From the NCBI GenBank assembly GCA_937883785.1, contig CALGDE010000005.1, positions 1 through 30,241 of the forward strand: 30,241 nucleotides of DNA, in the 5' to 3' direction. Origin of the DNA: an uncultured cyanobacterium (lineage in GTDB: Bacteria; Cyanobacteriota; Cyanobacteriia; CACIAM-69d). A model generated the notes under the pieces. It saw only the letters and a list, made by a program, of their open reading frames with translations, was not told the origin of the DNA and made no database searches. Made by a program: the position numbers and the translations under genes. Within the stretch, counting starts at the first letter, position 1; every line of letters begins with the position of its first letter. Positions 16,818 through 26,202 of the stretch are shown here, in pieces.

Positions 16818-19133
16818 TTGGATTTTTCAATTGCTGCCCTTTTGTCTAGCTTTACTGGCGATAAGTCCTTAACGTCCAAAATTCTGGAGCAAAAACTGAA
16901 TTTGGAAGAAGGTACCGATAAAGAACATTTGGGTATTGCTTTAAAAGCGCTGGAAACTATCGGCATTGTGGAAAAAGAGCGGGGTCGGTATCGCCTCGCG
17001 CCGAAGCCCCAAGAGGAGTTGTTTGAGGCGAAGTTGCGCTGTTCGAGCAAGGGTTTTTGCTTTGCGATTCAGGATGATGATGATACAGAGGATGTGTATA
17101 TCCACGAGAATCATTTATCCAATGCGTGGAATGGCGATCGCGTCCTGGTAAAGGTGATTAAGGAAGGGGCTGGGCGCAATCGTCGCCGTAGTCCGGAAGG
17201 GGAAGTGTGCCTGGTGCTGGAGCGATCAAACCAGTCGGTGCTGGCGCGGGTAAAGAAGACCGATGGCGGTGAATTTCGCGCCACGCCGTTGGATGATCGC
17301 CTGCTGTTTGAGGTGGCGTTGGGGGAGACCGAAGGGGTGAACCTGGACGAGATTGTGGAGTATCTCGTCAGTGTTGATATTGATCGGTATCCCCTGGGGC
17401 GCATGTTGCCGAAGGGGAAAATCAACAAGGTGCTGGGGGTGGATGCCCAGGCGGCGCGGGACGTGGATATCGTTACCTGTAAGTATGGGCTGCTGGAACG
17501 GTTTGCTCCGGGGGCGATCGCCGCAGCGGAAAAATTACCTGCCCTGAAGAAAACTTTAAAAGCCGCAGATATCAAAGGACGCCTGGATGTGCGATCGCTG
17601 CCCACTGTGGCGATCGCCAACGGAGAAGGTGACGGCTCGGTGCCCATTTACGACCACGCCATTACGGTGGAAACCAACGGCAACGGTCAAATGCGCCTGG
17701 GGGTACATATGGCGGATATTGCCCACTATGTGCCTTTAGGATCTCCTTTGGATCGGGAAGCTCAGCGGCGGGGACTGGCTGCCTATCTAAGCGACGCGGT
17801 GTTGCCCCTATTTCCGCCGGAGGTGAGCGCCAGCCATGGCTCCTTTGTTACAGGACAGGATCGCCTTGGCGTTTCGGTGCTGTTGACCCTGGACGATGCA
17901 GGGCAGCGCGTGGGATTTGAAATTCAGCCCAGTGTGGTGCGTGCTGATGTGGCGTTGACCAGTCAGCAAATCAGCAACTTAATGAGTGAAACCGGTGACG
18001 AGCCTGACGTGTCAAAAGTTAAAGGCATTAAGGAACTGCTGCCCCAGCTTCAAAGCGTTGCCAACGGGCTAAAACAGCAGCGGCGCGATCGCGGTGGATT
18101 TGAGCTCCGGCGGGGACCGGAAGCGGAATCTACCCTTCAGCGGGAGGGCGTTCCGGGGGTGCCAGTGTTGCCCCCTAACAAGCAGCCATCGGAAGGACTG
18201 GTTAATGAGGTGATGATTGCCGCTAACCAGGGTATTGCTGAGCATCTCCAGGCTTTAGGCGTGCCTGCGTTGTATCGCTGCCAAACGGTGCCCCCCCTCA
18301 GCGAAGTGCAAGATGCCATCAAGCTGGCTAGCAACGTAGGGCTAACCTACACCCTGGACGATGACGCTGAAGTGAGTCCCAAAGCTTACCAAGCTTGCCT
18401 AGAAGAACTGGCCGAGTCCCCCAGCGGGAGCAAGATTCTCAATACCCTATTTTTGCCCACCCTGAAGTCCAGCTACTACAGCGTGACGCCCCGCCCCCAT
18501 TTTGGTTTGGCGCTACCTATGTACGCTACCGCCAATGCGCCCACCCGCCACTACGCCGATTTTCTGGTGCAGCATGTGTTGAACGCGGTGTTTGAAAAAG
18601 GGCGCGATCGCCGCACCACCCGCTCTAAGAAATCCGTCAACCTACGGGACCACACCTGTCACGGGGAAATTGATTGGAACGTATTGCCGCCGGATGTGCA
18701 CCAGGATTTGGACTCTCGCCTGGCAACCACGTTGACGAATTTGGGCGATCGCGAACGGGCAGTGCAAGACGCCGAGTCCGATATTATTGGACTCCAGCGC
18801 ACCGCCACCATGCAATCTCGCATTGAAGAAAGCTTTACGGGGTTGATTGTGGGCGTCCAGTCCTACGGATTCTTTGTGGAAATTGAAGAGCTACAGGTGG
18901 AAGGGCTGGTTCACGTTTCATCCCTAAAAGACGACTGGTACGAATATCGATCGCGCCAACAAACCCTGGTGGGTCGGAAAAACCGCCGCCGCTATGCTTT
19001 GGGCAACCCGGTCAAAGTGGAAGTGCGCGGTGTTGACTACTATCGTCAGCAAATTGATTTAGCGGCGCTGCCTGAGCAAGCAGAGGCAGCTGACGGAGAT
19101 GAAGGCGACACTAGCAACGACGAAGAGGAATAA
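16818..19133 (+). CDS. rnr: RNB-family 3'-5' exoribonuclease (RNase II/R type) with N-terminal HTH and cold-shock domains and a C-terminal S1 domain
   Basis: CSD-like SSKGFCFAIQDDDDTEDVYIHENHL, an RNB catalytic region and a C-terminal S1 domain (GLIVGVQSYGFFVEIEELQVEGLVHVSSL). The ORF begins with TTG at 16818, with a GGAGG 10 nt upstream. Confidence 0.88.
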   Translation: MDFSIAALLSSFTGDKSLTSKILEQKLNLEEGTDKEHLGIALKALETIGIVEKERGRYRLAPKPQEELFEAKLRCSSKGFCFAIQDDDDTEDVYIHENHLSNAWNGDRVLVKVIKEGAGRNRRRSPEGEVCLVLERSNQSVLARVKKTDGGEFRATPLDDRLLFEVALGETEGVNLDEIVEYLVSVDIDRYPLGRMLPKGKINKVLGVDAQAARDVDIVTCKYGLLERFAPGAIAAAEKLPALKKTLKAADIKGRLDVRSLPTVAIANGEGDGSVPIYDHAITVETNGNGQMRLGVHMADIAHYVPLGSPLDREAQRRGLAAYLSDAVLPLFPPEVSASHGSFVTGQDRLGVSVLLTLDDAGQRVGFEIQPSVVRADVALTSQQISNLMSETGDEPDVSKVKGIKELLPQLQSVANGLKQQRRDRGGFELRRGPEAESTLQREGVPGVPVLPPNKQPSEGLVNEVMIAANQGIAEHLQALGVPALYRCQTVPPLSEVQDAIKLASNVGLTYTLDDDAEVSPKAYQACLEELAESPSGSKILNTLFLPTLKSSYYSVTPRPHFGLALPMYATANAPTRHYADFLVQHVLNAVFEKGRDRRTTRSKKSVNLRDHTCHGEIDWNVLPPDVHQDLDSRLATTLTNLGDRERAVQDAESDIIGLQRTATMQSRIEESFTGLIVGVQSYGFFVEIEELQVEGLVHVSSLKDDWYEYRSRQQTLVGRKNRRRYALGNPVKVEVRGVDYYRQQIDLAALPEQAEAADGDEGDTSNDEEE

Positions 19134-19231
19134 ACGACCTGGTGGGCGGAAGCAGAGGCAAAAAGCGCTAGGGCGTGTCACCAAAGGACTGCTAGAAGCT
19201 TTACGCAATGGAAAGTCCATGCCCTAGCAAA

Positions 19232-19300
19232 ACAAAATTCACTAGGGTTGAAACCTGTGCGGCCAATAGCTTTGAGATTTAAATGATGATTTTGAGTCGC
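19232..19300. repeat. Dispersed intergenic hairpin element, copy 3 (degenerate; 3' stem half missing)
   Basis: GCAAAACAAAATTCACTAGGGTTGAAACCTGTGCGGCCAATAGCTTTGAGATTTAAATGATGATTTTGAG is about 70% identical to copy 1. Confidence 0.45.
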
Positions 19301-19398
19301 GTAATGCAGCTGAATCCGCACTACGTGCTTCGGAAACGCTTCGCAAACGATGACCATAACCCCTTTAAATTAACGGTCAGATGAATCAACGCCAGAGC

Positions 19399-20295
19399 CT
19401 AACCATGACGCTGACCGTTGGGCATAATGGTTTCCCGCAGCAGCGCGTTATTTAGGGTCACCTCCCACAGGTTGGCTTTATGCAGATTCGCCCCTTCCAA
19501 ATTGGTATCGACGAATTTTGCTTCCCGCAAGTTAGCCATGCTCAAGTTAGCCATGCTTAAGTTGGATCGCGACAAATCTGCATTGCTAAGGGTCACCTCC
19601 CGTAGATCCGCCTCTTTTAAAATGGCATCCACCAGGCTAGCCGTGTAAAGGTTAGCACCAATTAAATTTGCGCCAATTAACGTCGCCGCGTCTAAATTTG
19701 CGCCCATTAAGCTGGCTACGCACAGGTTCGCCAGGCTTAAGTTGGCCAAATTCAGATTCGCTTGGTATAAATTTGCCCCCACCATCGACGCCATACAGAG
19801 GATCGACAGGCTTAGGTTGGCGGATCGCAAATTCGCCTCCCGTAAATCGGTCATACACAGGTTGGCTTCCCGCAAATCCGCTCGAGAAAAATCCGTTTCC
19901 CGAAACTTCGCTCCCTTCAAAGCCGCCGTGTAAAAATTCGCCTCACGACAGTCCGCCCGACTTAAATCTGATTCGCGCACCGTCACCATACAAAGATCGG
20001 CACCCTTCAAAGACGCTTCTCGTAAATCTACCTGGCTTAGGGTGGCTTCCCGTAAATTAACCCCGGTCAGATCTGCGGTGTATAAATTAGCGTGGCGAAT
20101 GTCCGCCTTGGATAAATCCGCCTCTTCTAGAGACGCCATGCACAAATCCACATGGCTCAGATCCATCGTGCTAAGCCTTGCTTTTCGCAGATCTGCTTCC
20201 CGCAGATTTGGCTGAATTTTTGGGTTGTGTTGCCGCCAACGGTTCCAAACATCTGCCCCGTCCAGCAGTAGGGATAGATGCTCCCGGTTAGCCAT
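19399..20295 (-). CDS. Pentapeptide-repeat protein
   Basis: Over 40 tandem A(D/N)LxxA(N/D)Lxx pentapeptides. ATG at 20293-20295 (MANREHLSL...); the track ORF starts 5 codons upstream at a TTG. Confidence 0.88.
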   Translation of the reverse strand: MANREHLSLLLDGADVWNRWRQHNPKIQPNLREADLRKARLSTMDLSHVDLCMASLEEADLSKADIRHANLYTADLTGVNLREATLSQVDLREASLKGADLCMVTVRESDLSRADCREANFYTAALKGAKFRETDFSRADLREANLCMTDLREANLRSANLSLSILCMASMVGANLYQANLNLANLSLANLCVASLMGANLDAATLIGANLIGANLYTASLVDAILKEADLREVTLSNADLSRSNLSMANLSMANLREAKFVDTNLEGANLHKANLWEVTLNNALLRETIMPNGQRHG

Positions 20296-20470
20296 GGTCA
20301 GACACTCCAATGTCGTGGACAGGCATTTACGCTGTTTGCGTTTCTTTAGGATATAAGCTTAGCTTTCCCATCGAACCAGGTTTTAGCCGGTTGAGGGAGA
20401 CTAGGGCTTGTCATCAATGTCAATGCTGACTAAAAATGCCAGAAGCTTGGTGTAGTGGATGATGTACGCC

Positions 20471-20545
20471 TTTTTTGAACAAAAAATTTCAAAGGCTGAA
20501 GTCCATACAGTGATTGGCTTTGAAATTTAGATGATGACAGCCTCT
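20471..20545. repeat. Dispersed intergenic hairpin element, copy 4
   Basis: TTTTTTGAACAAAAAATTTCAAAGGCTGAAGTCC...TTTGAAATTTAGATGATGACAGCCTC, with stem AGGCTG/CAGCCT. Read on the minus strand, the hairpin is followed by a U-rich tract, so it looks like a terminator for that strand. Confidence 0.55.
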
Positions 20546-20902
20546 AATGTAAGCGATCCAGATAATGTCCGGATGGCCATAGCCAATTTAGGAAAGAAAC
20601 GATAGGTAGATGCACCCTGAATCCCTGGCTTTTCGCTGGGGATTTCTTCGTTCGGTTGTCTTTGTAGATGCGGCCAAAATTTGCCAGTACTTGTCAATTA
20701 AACGGTAAAAGCCAATGACAAGTAAATAGCCCAATGAACTTACATCAGCACTGGATACCGGGGTCGTTCTCTGAAGAACGTCACTGCTTAAGTGGGCTCC
20801 TCCCTTTTGCTTTTCGCAAGTCCCACAACCGACTCAACTTCTCCCGAAATAATGCAGCCTTACCAAGAGACTTAGTGTGAAGACTAAATGGAGTCAAAGT
20901 CT

Positions 20903-20952
20903 AGGACTTAGTTCAGGGCTTCGCAGATGACTCTTCCCAGGACTAAGTCCTT
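20903..20952. promoter_or_regulatory. Inverted repeat GGACTTAGT-N28-ACTAAGTCC in an 890-bp ORF-free region
   Basis: Perfect 9-bp arms. A third partial copy (gacttagtgtgaagactaaatgg) lies about 30 bp upstream. Confidence 0.3.
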
Positions 20953-21201
20953 GCTGCCTTATTTCATACAAGAGATGTAGCCAAAAGCTTACCAATTCAA
21001 TTAATCGTGACTCGAATTGAGACTGTGCCCATCAATGAATACTGAGGGGCGTTGTTCGCGCAGCTTTGGCAAAGTAATAGTGCGGGTACAAGTTCCGACC
21101 AGCCTACGGGCGACGCAGACACGGCGCAGATGACGCCCCTAGCCTGTAGTGGTTTTCGATGTCTCGTTTCTAGAGTTCAGCTATTGACTTCGCTGGCGTG
21201 C

Positions 21202-21954
21202 CTACCGGGCATAGACGAAGTAGGTGATCATTGGGATTGCTGTGGCTAGCACTAAGAGCACTACAACGATGGTTGTGGCGCTGCCCTGGTCCGTGTCTTC
21301 GGCGCTAGTGAAAGTGCTTTCAACGGCAACCTCTGAGGCAACAACGGGGGCTCCGGGGTCTGGATTTCCGCCCAAGACGGTGCCCAGGCGATCGCTAGTG
21401 CTTAAGAACGCTTCGTTGTAATTGCCGTCCCGAATGGGGGTCAGTAGGCTTTCCTGGGCAACGCTGGTGGCAATGTCTGGGGTTAGGACCTCTGGGACTG
21501 CCGAGCCCACTCGAATTGCGGAGGAGCTAGTTACAGCGTCCAGGGCAATCAGAATTTGATTTTGCTGAATTTCTTCAGTGGGAAACCAGGTGGAAAATAA
21601 CTTTTCGGTGAAGGTTTCAATGGTTTCCCCGTAGTCCAACCGGCGGAAGGTGACGTAGTTCACGTTGGTGCCGTTGGTGGCGGGATTGGTGGCGATCGCC
21701 GTTAGCTTCTTCTCCAGTTGCCCCTTCGTTAGGCGGCTAAACAGCTTGGCTTCATCGTAGACGTGGACATTTGCATCCACCGGCGGCATGTTGTACACCC
21801 CGGTGGCGGATGCGGGCTCAACGGCGGATCCCAGCACACCAAAGCCAGTGAGCCCAATAATCAACCCGGTAACCACAGCCAGTTGCTGCCACTTTGCTGC
21901 AGCTTCACGCAGGAAATTCAAAACGCCATTAATGGGCGAGATAGGAGAAGACAT
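21202..21954 (-). CDS. psb32: TPM-domain protein (TLP18.3/Psb32-like) with N-terminal signal anchor and C-terminal TM helix
   Basis: Architecture is an N-terminal hydrophobic segment, a central TPM-like domain, an acidic linker and a C-terminal TM (TTIVVVLLVLATAIPMITYFVYAR), as in the PSII repair protein Psb32. Confidence 0.65.
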   Translation of the reverse strand: MSSPISPINGVLNFLREAAAKWQQLAVVTGLIIGLTGFGVLGSAVEPASATGVYNMPPVDANVHVYDEAKLFSRLTKGQLEKKLTAIATNPATNGTNVNYVTFRRLDYGETIETFTEKLFSTWFPTEEIQQNQILIALDAVTSSSAIRVGSAVPEVLTPDIATSVAQESLLTPIRDGNYNEAFLSTSDRLGTVLGGNPDPGAPVVASEVAVESTFTSAEDTDQGSATTIVVVLLVLATAIPMITYFVYAR

Positions 21955-22279
21955 AAAAGAAACGCTAGTGAAACGGGGTAAACGGGATGGGACAATCTCT
22001 AGCTAGGATTCAATCATTAGCCAGTTTTTTAAGCCCTTTAGGATTTTAAAACAGCTCGTGCGCCTCAATGGCGTTGAGATGCCCGTTTGTCAGGGCGATG
22101 TTAAAGCGACGGGTTTCTTTGGGAGGTGCAATGGGCGGGCGTTTCCTTCTCCCCGGCACCCTGCTCCACCGAGCTTTCGACGTTACTTTGATTTTTGGTG
22201 GTGCCTTTAATTGCCTCTTCTCGCCAGTTTCCCTGACCAGCTTCTGCAACCAATTCTTCTATCGAGGTTTCCCCTCTCA

Positions 22280-23047
22280 ATGTTCTCCGTCCCCAGCCTC
22301 GTCGCTAGCCTAAACCTGGGCTCTCAACTGAGTGGAACCCTGATTAATGTGGCTACCGTGTGCGCGGGCACTGGGGTTGGGCTGCTGATGCGATCGCGCC
22401 TGCCCAAGCGGATGCTGTCCATCATTCCCCAAGGGGTCGGGCTGATTACGGTGTTGGTGGGACTGGAAATGGCGCGTCAGTTAACCCAGGTGCCCAGTGC
22501 CCTGGTGGATGGCATCGTAATTGGTCTAATGGCGCTGGTGGTCGGCGGATTGTTGGGGGAATGGTGGAATTTAGAAGGGCGTTTGCACCGTTTGGGAGAC
22601 TGGCTAAAACGGAAAGTGCGTGGCGGTGGACGATTTACTGAAGGCTTTGTGGCGGCCAGCCTATTGTTTTGCGTGGGACCGATGTCGATTCTAGGCAGTA
22701 TCAACAACGGAATCTCTGGAGACGATCGCCTGCTGATTTTAAAATCCACCATGGACGGGATGGCAGCGATCGCGCTGACCGGCAGCTTTGGCGTCGGCGT
22801 CGGCTTTTCCGCCCTTACCGTCTTGATTTACCAAGGGATTATTTCCCTCGCCGCCAGCGTTTTGGCCCAGGGGCTTCCTGACCCAGGCACCGATCCCCAC
22901 GTGCTGATGATGACCGGCGTTGGCGGACTCACCATTATTGGCATCGGCATTAACCTGCTGGAGATTGGCACAATTCGCGTGGCATCCCTGCTTCCGGCTT
23001 TGATTCTGGGACCCCTGTTTTACGCCATTATTCAGCAGTTTTCATAA
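22280..23047 (+). CDS. DUF554 (YqgA-like) integral membrane protein
   Basis: Multi-TM protein with a characteristic central loop (GEWWNLEGRLHRLGDWLKRK...TEGFVAASLLFCVGPMSILGSINNG). ATG at 22280; the track ORF extends upstream to 22211 and may be over-extended. Confidence 0.75.
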   Translation: MFSVPSLVASLNLGSQLSGTLINVATVCAGTGVGLLMRSRLPKRMLSIIPQGVGLITVLVGLEMARQLTQVPSALVDGIVIGLMALVVGGLLGEWWNLEGRLHRLGDWLKRKVRGGGRFTEGFVAASLLFCVGPMSILGSINNGISGDDRLLILKSTMDGMAAIALTGSFGVGVGFSALTVLIYQGIISLAASVLAQGLPDPGTDPHVLMMTGVGGLTIIGIGINLLEIGTIRVASLLPALILGPLFYAIIQQFS

Positions 23048-23120
23048 TGTTGTTTTTTGCGCAGTTTTTTTGTGCAGTTTTTTCGGATAGGAGCCCATCA
23101 TGCAGCGCCCTGCTGTAAAC

Positions 23121-25322
23121 CTACTCTGAGTCCAATGGCGTCAAATCCTCTGTTGCTGCCACCAGAGGCTCTTGATACAGGGGCATGCTGAAAGTTACCG
23201 TCGAACCCAGCCCTTCTCCCAAACTGTAAAAATTCATCTCGCCGCCCATAGCCTGCACCAATTGCTGAGACAGCACCAGTCCCAGCCCCGTGCCACCGAA
23301 CTTACGGGTACGGCGACCATCTGCCTGACTAAACGCTTGGAATAGCTTGTCCTGGTCGTCTAACGCCACCCCAATACCCGTGTCAATGATGCGGAACAGT
23401 GCCATCCCGGCATCAGGCTCTCCCAAAGGATCTTCCTCGTCTTCGTCCTCGTCCGTCCCTGACGACGTGATTAAATCCACGCTGACGGTCACGCCCCCCT
23501 CGTCGGTGAATTTAATGGCGTTGCCCGTCAGGTTCAAAATTACCTGTAAAAGTCGCTGGTAGTCCCCGTAGAGCAAAATCTCATCGTGGGTCTCCGGCAC
23601 TTCCACTTCGAAGTACAGCCCCTTCTCTTGAATTTGTGCCTGAATAAGGTTTTTGGTGGTGGTCAGCAGCGCCAGCAGCTTGACGGGTTCTCGCCCCACT
23701 TCTAGCCGATCCGCCTCAATTTTCGCCACATCCAAAATATCGTTCAGGATATTAAGCAAGTGCATGGCCGACTCGTTGGCCGTGGTCAGAAACTCCTCTG
23801 CTTCCTTAGGATCGTCCACCATGCCGTCCAGTACCAACTGGAGAGAACACAGAATGCCATTTAGGGGCGTGCGAATCTCGTGGGACGTGTTGGCGAGAAA
23901 CTCGCTCTTTAGCCGGGACACTTCTTCTGCCTGTTGTCGCGCGTCTTCCAGCTCCTGCTGTTTTTTCAGCAAGCTAAGGTTTTTCTCCCGTAGCTCATTG
24001 GTTAGGGTTTGGCTTTCCGTAAACAGTTTGGCGTGGGCGATCGCCGTACCCACCTGGTCAGACAATTCCCGTAGCAGCTCCAATTCTGCCCCGGTCCACT
24101 GACGCACGCGATCGCATTGGTACAGGGTGATAAATCCGTTCACCACTTCCCGATAGCGCGTAGCCACCACCACCAGGGACTGGTTGCCATACTTGTCATT
24201 GGGCGCCTGGGCGATCGCCACCGGATCACCACTTTCCATCGCCTGAATAAATCCCTGCCGGTCCGCCACCATCGCCGTTTCGCCGCGCATGGACACAAAA
24301 TCATCGCCCACATATTCCGCCGTCACCTCAATGACAACGTCTCCCCCTTCAATACCCCGGTCCCCCTCCACCTGGGGAGACCAAACCACACAGCGGCTAA
24401 CGCTCAGAGCCTGTCCCAGCCCCTCCACCGTTTGCTGCCAGATATTTTTCAGGTCCAGGGTGCGACGAATTTGCCGCGAAATCTTCGTCAGCAGAATTTG
24501 ATATAGCGCTGAACTTAAGGGCAAAGTGCGGCGAATACTGCGGGCAATACGGCTGAGTAAACGCTGGTGAGCCTCTAATCCCGGCTGGGACAACACTGGT
24601 CGATCCGTGCGCTGCAGCATGGCCACTTGTCCCGCCGCCTCCGTGTCCATTTGCACAGAGCGCCCCATTACCATTACCTGGCGAGCATGGCTTTCCGCCG
24701 TTAATACGGGACTCATCACCAGCTCAAAAGCCTGGGCGCGAATAAAGCTACCGTCAGACTTCACCTGAACCCCATCGAGAGGGTTAAGGTTCTGACTTAA
24801 ATTATCGGAAGGCTTCTCCTGGGATCGACTCTGGAACTGAATTACACAGTCAAAACGCTTGGGAACGCCGTGCTTTAATACCTGCTGAAGCTGGTCTAGG
24901 TACTCGGCGATCGCCACCGGAGTAAAGGTACAGTCCCCTAGTGCACAGCCACACAGATCCAGCGCACTTAGTCCGTGGTGCTCCGCCTCGCGCCAATAAA
25001 AATCCCAGTATTGCCCCGACGCATCCTGCACAAACGCCAGCTCCGCGCCGAAGCTCGCCAATGCAGTCGTTCCCATGTAAAGCCCCTGATCAGACCCAGC
25101 TTTGCCTTTGTGCATCGGAGAGACAGCGGTTTCTGAAGGGCGATGGTGCTCCCTCACACTCTCTCCCGCCTCAAAACGACCCCTCAAAGGATCGTTGCTG
25201 GAATCACCAGCGTCACCGTGGGAAAAATCGGATTGACCTGTGGAAATCTCTTGGGGCTTGTCCATCGCCTCTGTGGGGTTCTTAGGACCAGAGGACGGAG
25301 AAAACGGTGGGGGGGGAGCCAT
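23121..25322 (-). CDS. Sensor histidine kinase: roughly 280-aa N-terminal uncharacterised domain, GAF domain, coiled coil, HisKA, HATPase_c (acidic insert in the ATPase domain)
   Basis: H-box SHEIRTPLNGI and N/G1/G2 boxes (LTGNAIKFT, IIDTGIGV, GGTGLGLVLS). The GAF-like region is centred on LSVSRCVVWSP. No TM segments are visible, so it is probably cytoplasmic. Confidence 0.85.
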   Translation of the reverse strand: MAPPPPFSPSSGPKNPTEAMDKPQEISTGQSDFSHGDAGDSSNDPLRGRFEAGESVREHHRPSETAVSPMHKGKAGSDQGLYMGTTALASFGAELAFVQDASGQYWDFYWREAEHHGLSALDLCGCALGDCTFTPVAIAEYLDQLQQVLKHGVPKRFDCVIQFQSRSQEKPSDNLSQNLNPLDGVQVKSDGSFIRAQAFELVMSPVLTAESHARQVMVMGRSVQMDTEAAGQVAMLQRTDRPVLSQPGLEAHQRLLSRIARSIRRTLPLSSALYQILLTKISRQIRRTLDLKNIWQQTVEGLGQALSVSRCVVWSPQVEGDRGIEGGDVVIEVTAEYVGDDFVSMRGETAMVADRQGFIQAMESGDPVAIAQAPNDKYGNQSLVVVATRYREVVNGFITLYQCDRVRQWTGAELELLRELSDQVGTAIAHAKLFTESQTLTNELREKNLSLLKKQQELEDARQQAEEVSRLKSEFLANTSHEIRTPLNGILCSLQLVLDGMVDDPKEAEEFLTTANESAMHLLNILNDILDVAKIEADRLEVGREPVKLLALLTTTKNLIQAQIQEKGLYFEVEVPETHDEILLYGDYQRLLQVILNLTGNAIKFTDEGGVTVSVDLITSSGTDEDEDEEDPLGEPDAGMALFRIIDTGIGVALDDQDKLFQAFSQADGRRTRKFGGTGLGLVLSQQLVQAMGGEMNFYSLGEGLGSTVTFSMPLYQEPLVAATEDLTPLDSE

Positions 25323-25393
25323 AAGAGCTAGAGGAAAATTAAAAAACTAGCTGGAATTATCGGGAGAAACTAGAAGCTAATAACGCCAAATGT

Positions 25394-25462
25394 GAGTCTG
25401 ATTGGTTATTCAGACTGAATCTCCCAATCTGACTGGTTGAGTATCAGTCTGACAAATCAGAA
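25394..25462. promoter_or_regulatory. Cluster of at least 4 TCAGACTGA / TCAGTCTGA-type palindromic half-sites between the RHH gene and the histidine-kinase start
   Basis: gagTCTGATTGGttatTCAGACTGAATCtcccAATCTGACTGGttgagtATCAGTCTGACaaATCAGAag. The motifs alternate in orientation. Confidence 0.45.
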
Positions 25463-25573
25463 GTAAATGCATCTCAGCGAAGAGAAAACCCAATCATCGG
25501 GCAAAGCTCTGTCGAGGTATATCTTCCAAGTATATTCCCAACAACCGGGCGATTCTTATGTGCTATTCCTAAC

Positions 25574-25801
25574 TTAATCGTTCCACTCGCCCCGGGGAGG
25601 AACCATTGGATTTCGAGGCAAAAGACGAGTTAAGTCATCTTCACGATCACGATCACCTTGAAGCCACTGGCGCACCGCCGCTTCAATAACCCGACTGGGG
25701 TTGTCAGTTAAGTGCTCAATGCGATCTAGCAAATCCGGATCAATTTGAATTGATAGATCAACTTTCTTGCGACCGGACCGTGGAGAGATGTTGTTATCCA
25801 T
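25574..25801 (-). CDS. Small ribbon-helix-helix (CopG/Arc/MetJ-like) DNA-binding protein
   Basis: 75 aa; KKVDLSIQIDPDLLDRIEHLTDNPSRVIEAAVRQWL fits an RHH beta-strand plus two helices. ATG start. No toxin partner is adjacent. Confidence 0.55.
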   Translation of the reverse strand: MDNNISPRSGRKKVDLSIQIDPDLLDRIEHLTDNPSRVIEAAVRQWLQGDRDREDDLTRLLPRNPMVPPRGEWND

Positions 25802-25837
25802 AAAATCGTCGGGCGAAGTGTAACCCTGATAAAACGG

Positions 25838-25875
25838 TGGGAACAGTATTTAAAGTGGGAACAGTATCTAAACAG
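25838..25875. promoter_or_regulatory. Tandem direct repeat GTGGGAACAGTAT(T/C)TAAA x2, 35-75 bp upstream of the RHH gene start
   Basis: Two 18-19-bp copies separated by 1 nt; a candidate operator or iteron for the RHH protein. Confidence 0.4.
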
Positions 25876-26202
25876 TTAGCTCACCCTTTGATATTCGCCT
25901 TGTTGGTGTTCGCTGACAAATTTTTAGACGAGCTGATGAAACTACATGCTTTAACTTGATTCAGCGCTGCAACTTCAGCAAAAAGATCCGAGGTGAGTCA
26001 TCTTTAGCCAGCTTTGTTGCCAGTAAAGATTATCTATTGGGTTGCTCCAGGTTTGATTAAGCCAGATTGCAAAATCTCTCAAATTATATTTGGCATCCAT
26101 CAAAATAAATTTTGAATTTGAAAATTTTGAGTTTGGAGTCCGTGACGGCGACTTCCGCAGGGGGCGCCAGACCTGCCCATCTTGAAGTCCAGGAAAGATT
26201 AG

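Noticed and set aside
16595-17050. 151-aa minus-strand ORF overlapping the rnr start
   Set aside because: It is antisense to and overlapping the RNase II/R N-terminal HTH region, with low-complexity composition.
20311-21201. Searched for RNase P RNA, 6S RNA, SRP RNA and tmRNA signatures in the long ORF-free regions (also 13476-14090, 16302-16817, 25802-26547)
   Set aside because: None of the conserved motifs I can recall (P4 AGGAAAGUCCGGGCUCC, SRP domain IV, tmRNA tag frame) are present.
22046-22249. 67-aa basic minus-strand ORF between the Psb32-like and DUF554 genes
   Set aside because: No supporting features, and it overlaps the probable promoter and 5' region of the DUF554 gene. Possible, but unsupported.
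23347-24506. Plus-strand ORFs (23347..23562, 23653..24102, 24117..24506) inside the histidine-kinase gene
   Set aside because: Antisense shadow ORFs. The Ser/Arg-rich composition reflects the complementary strand of a real gene.
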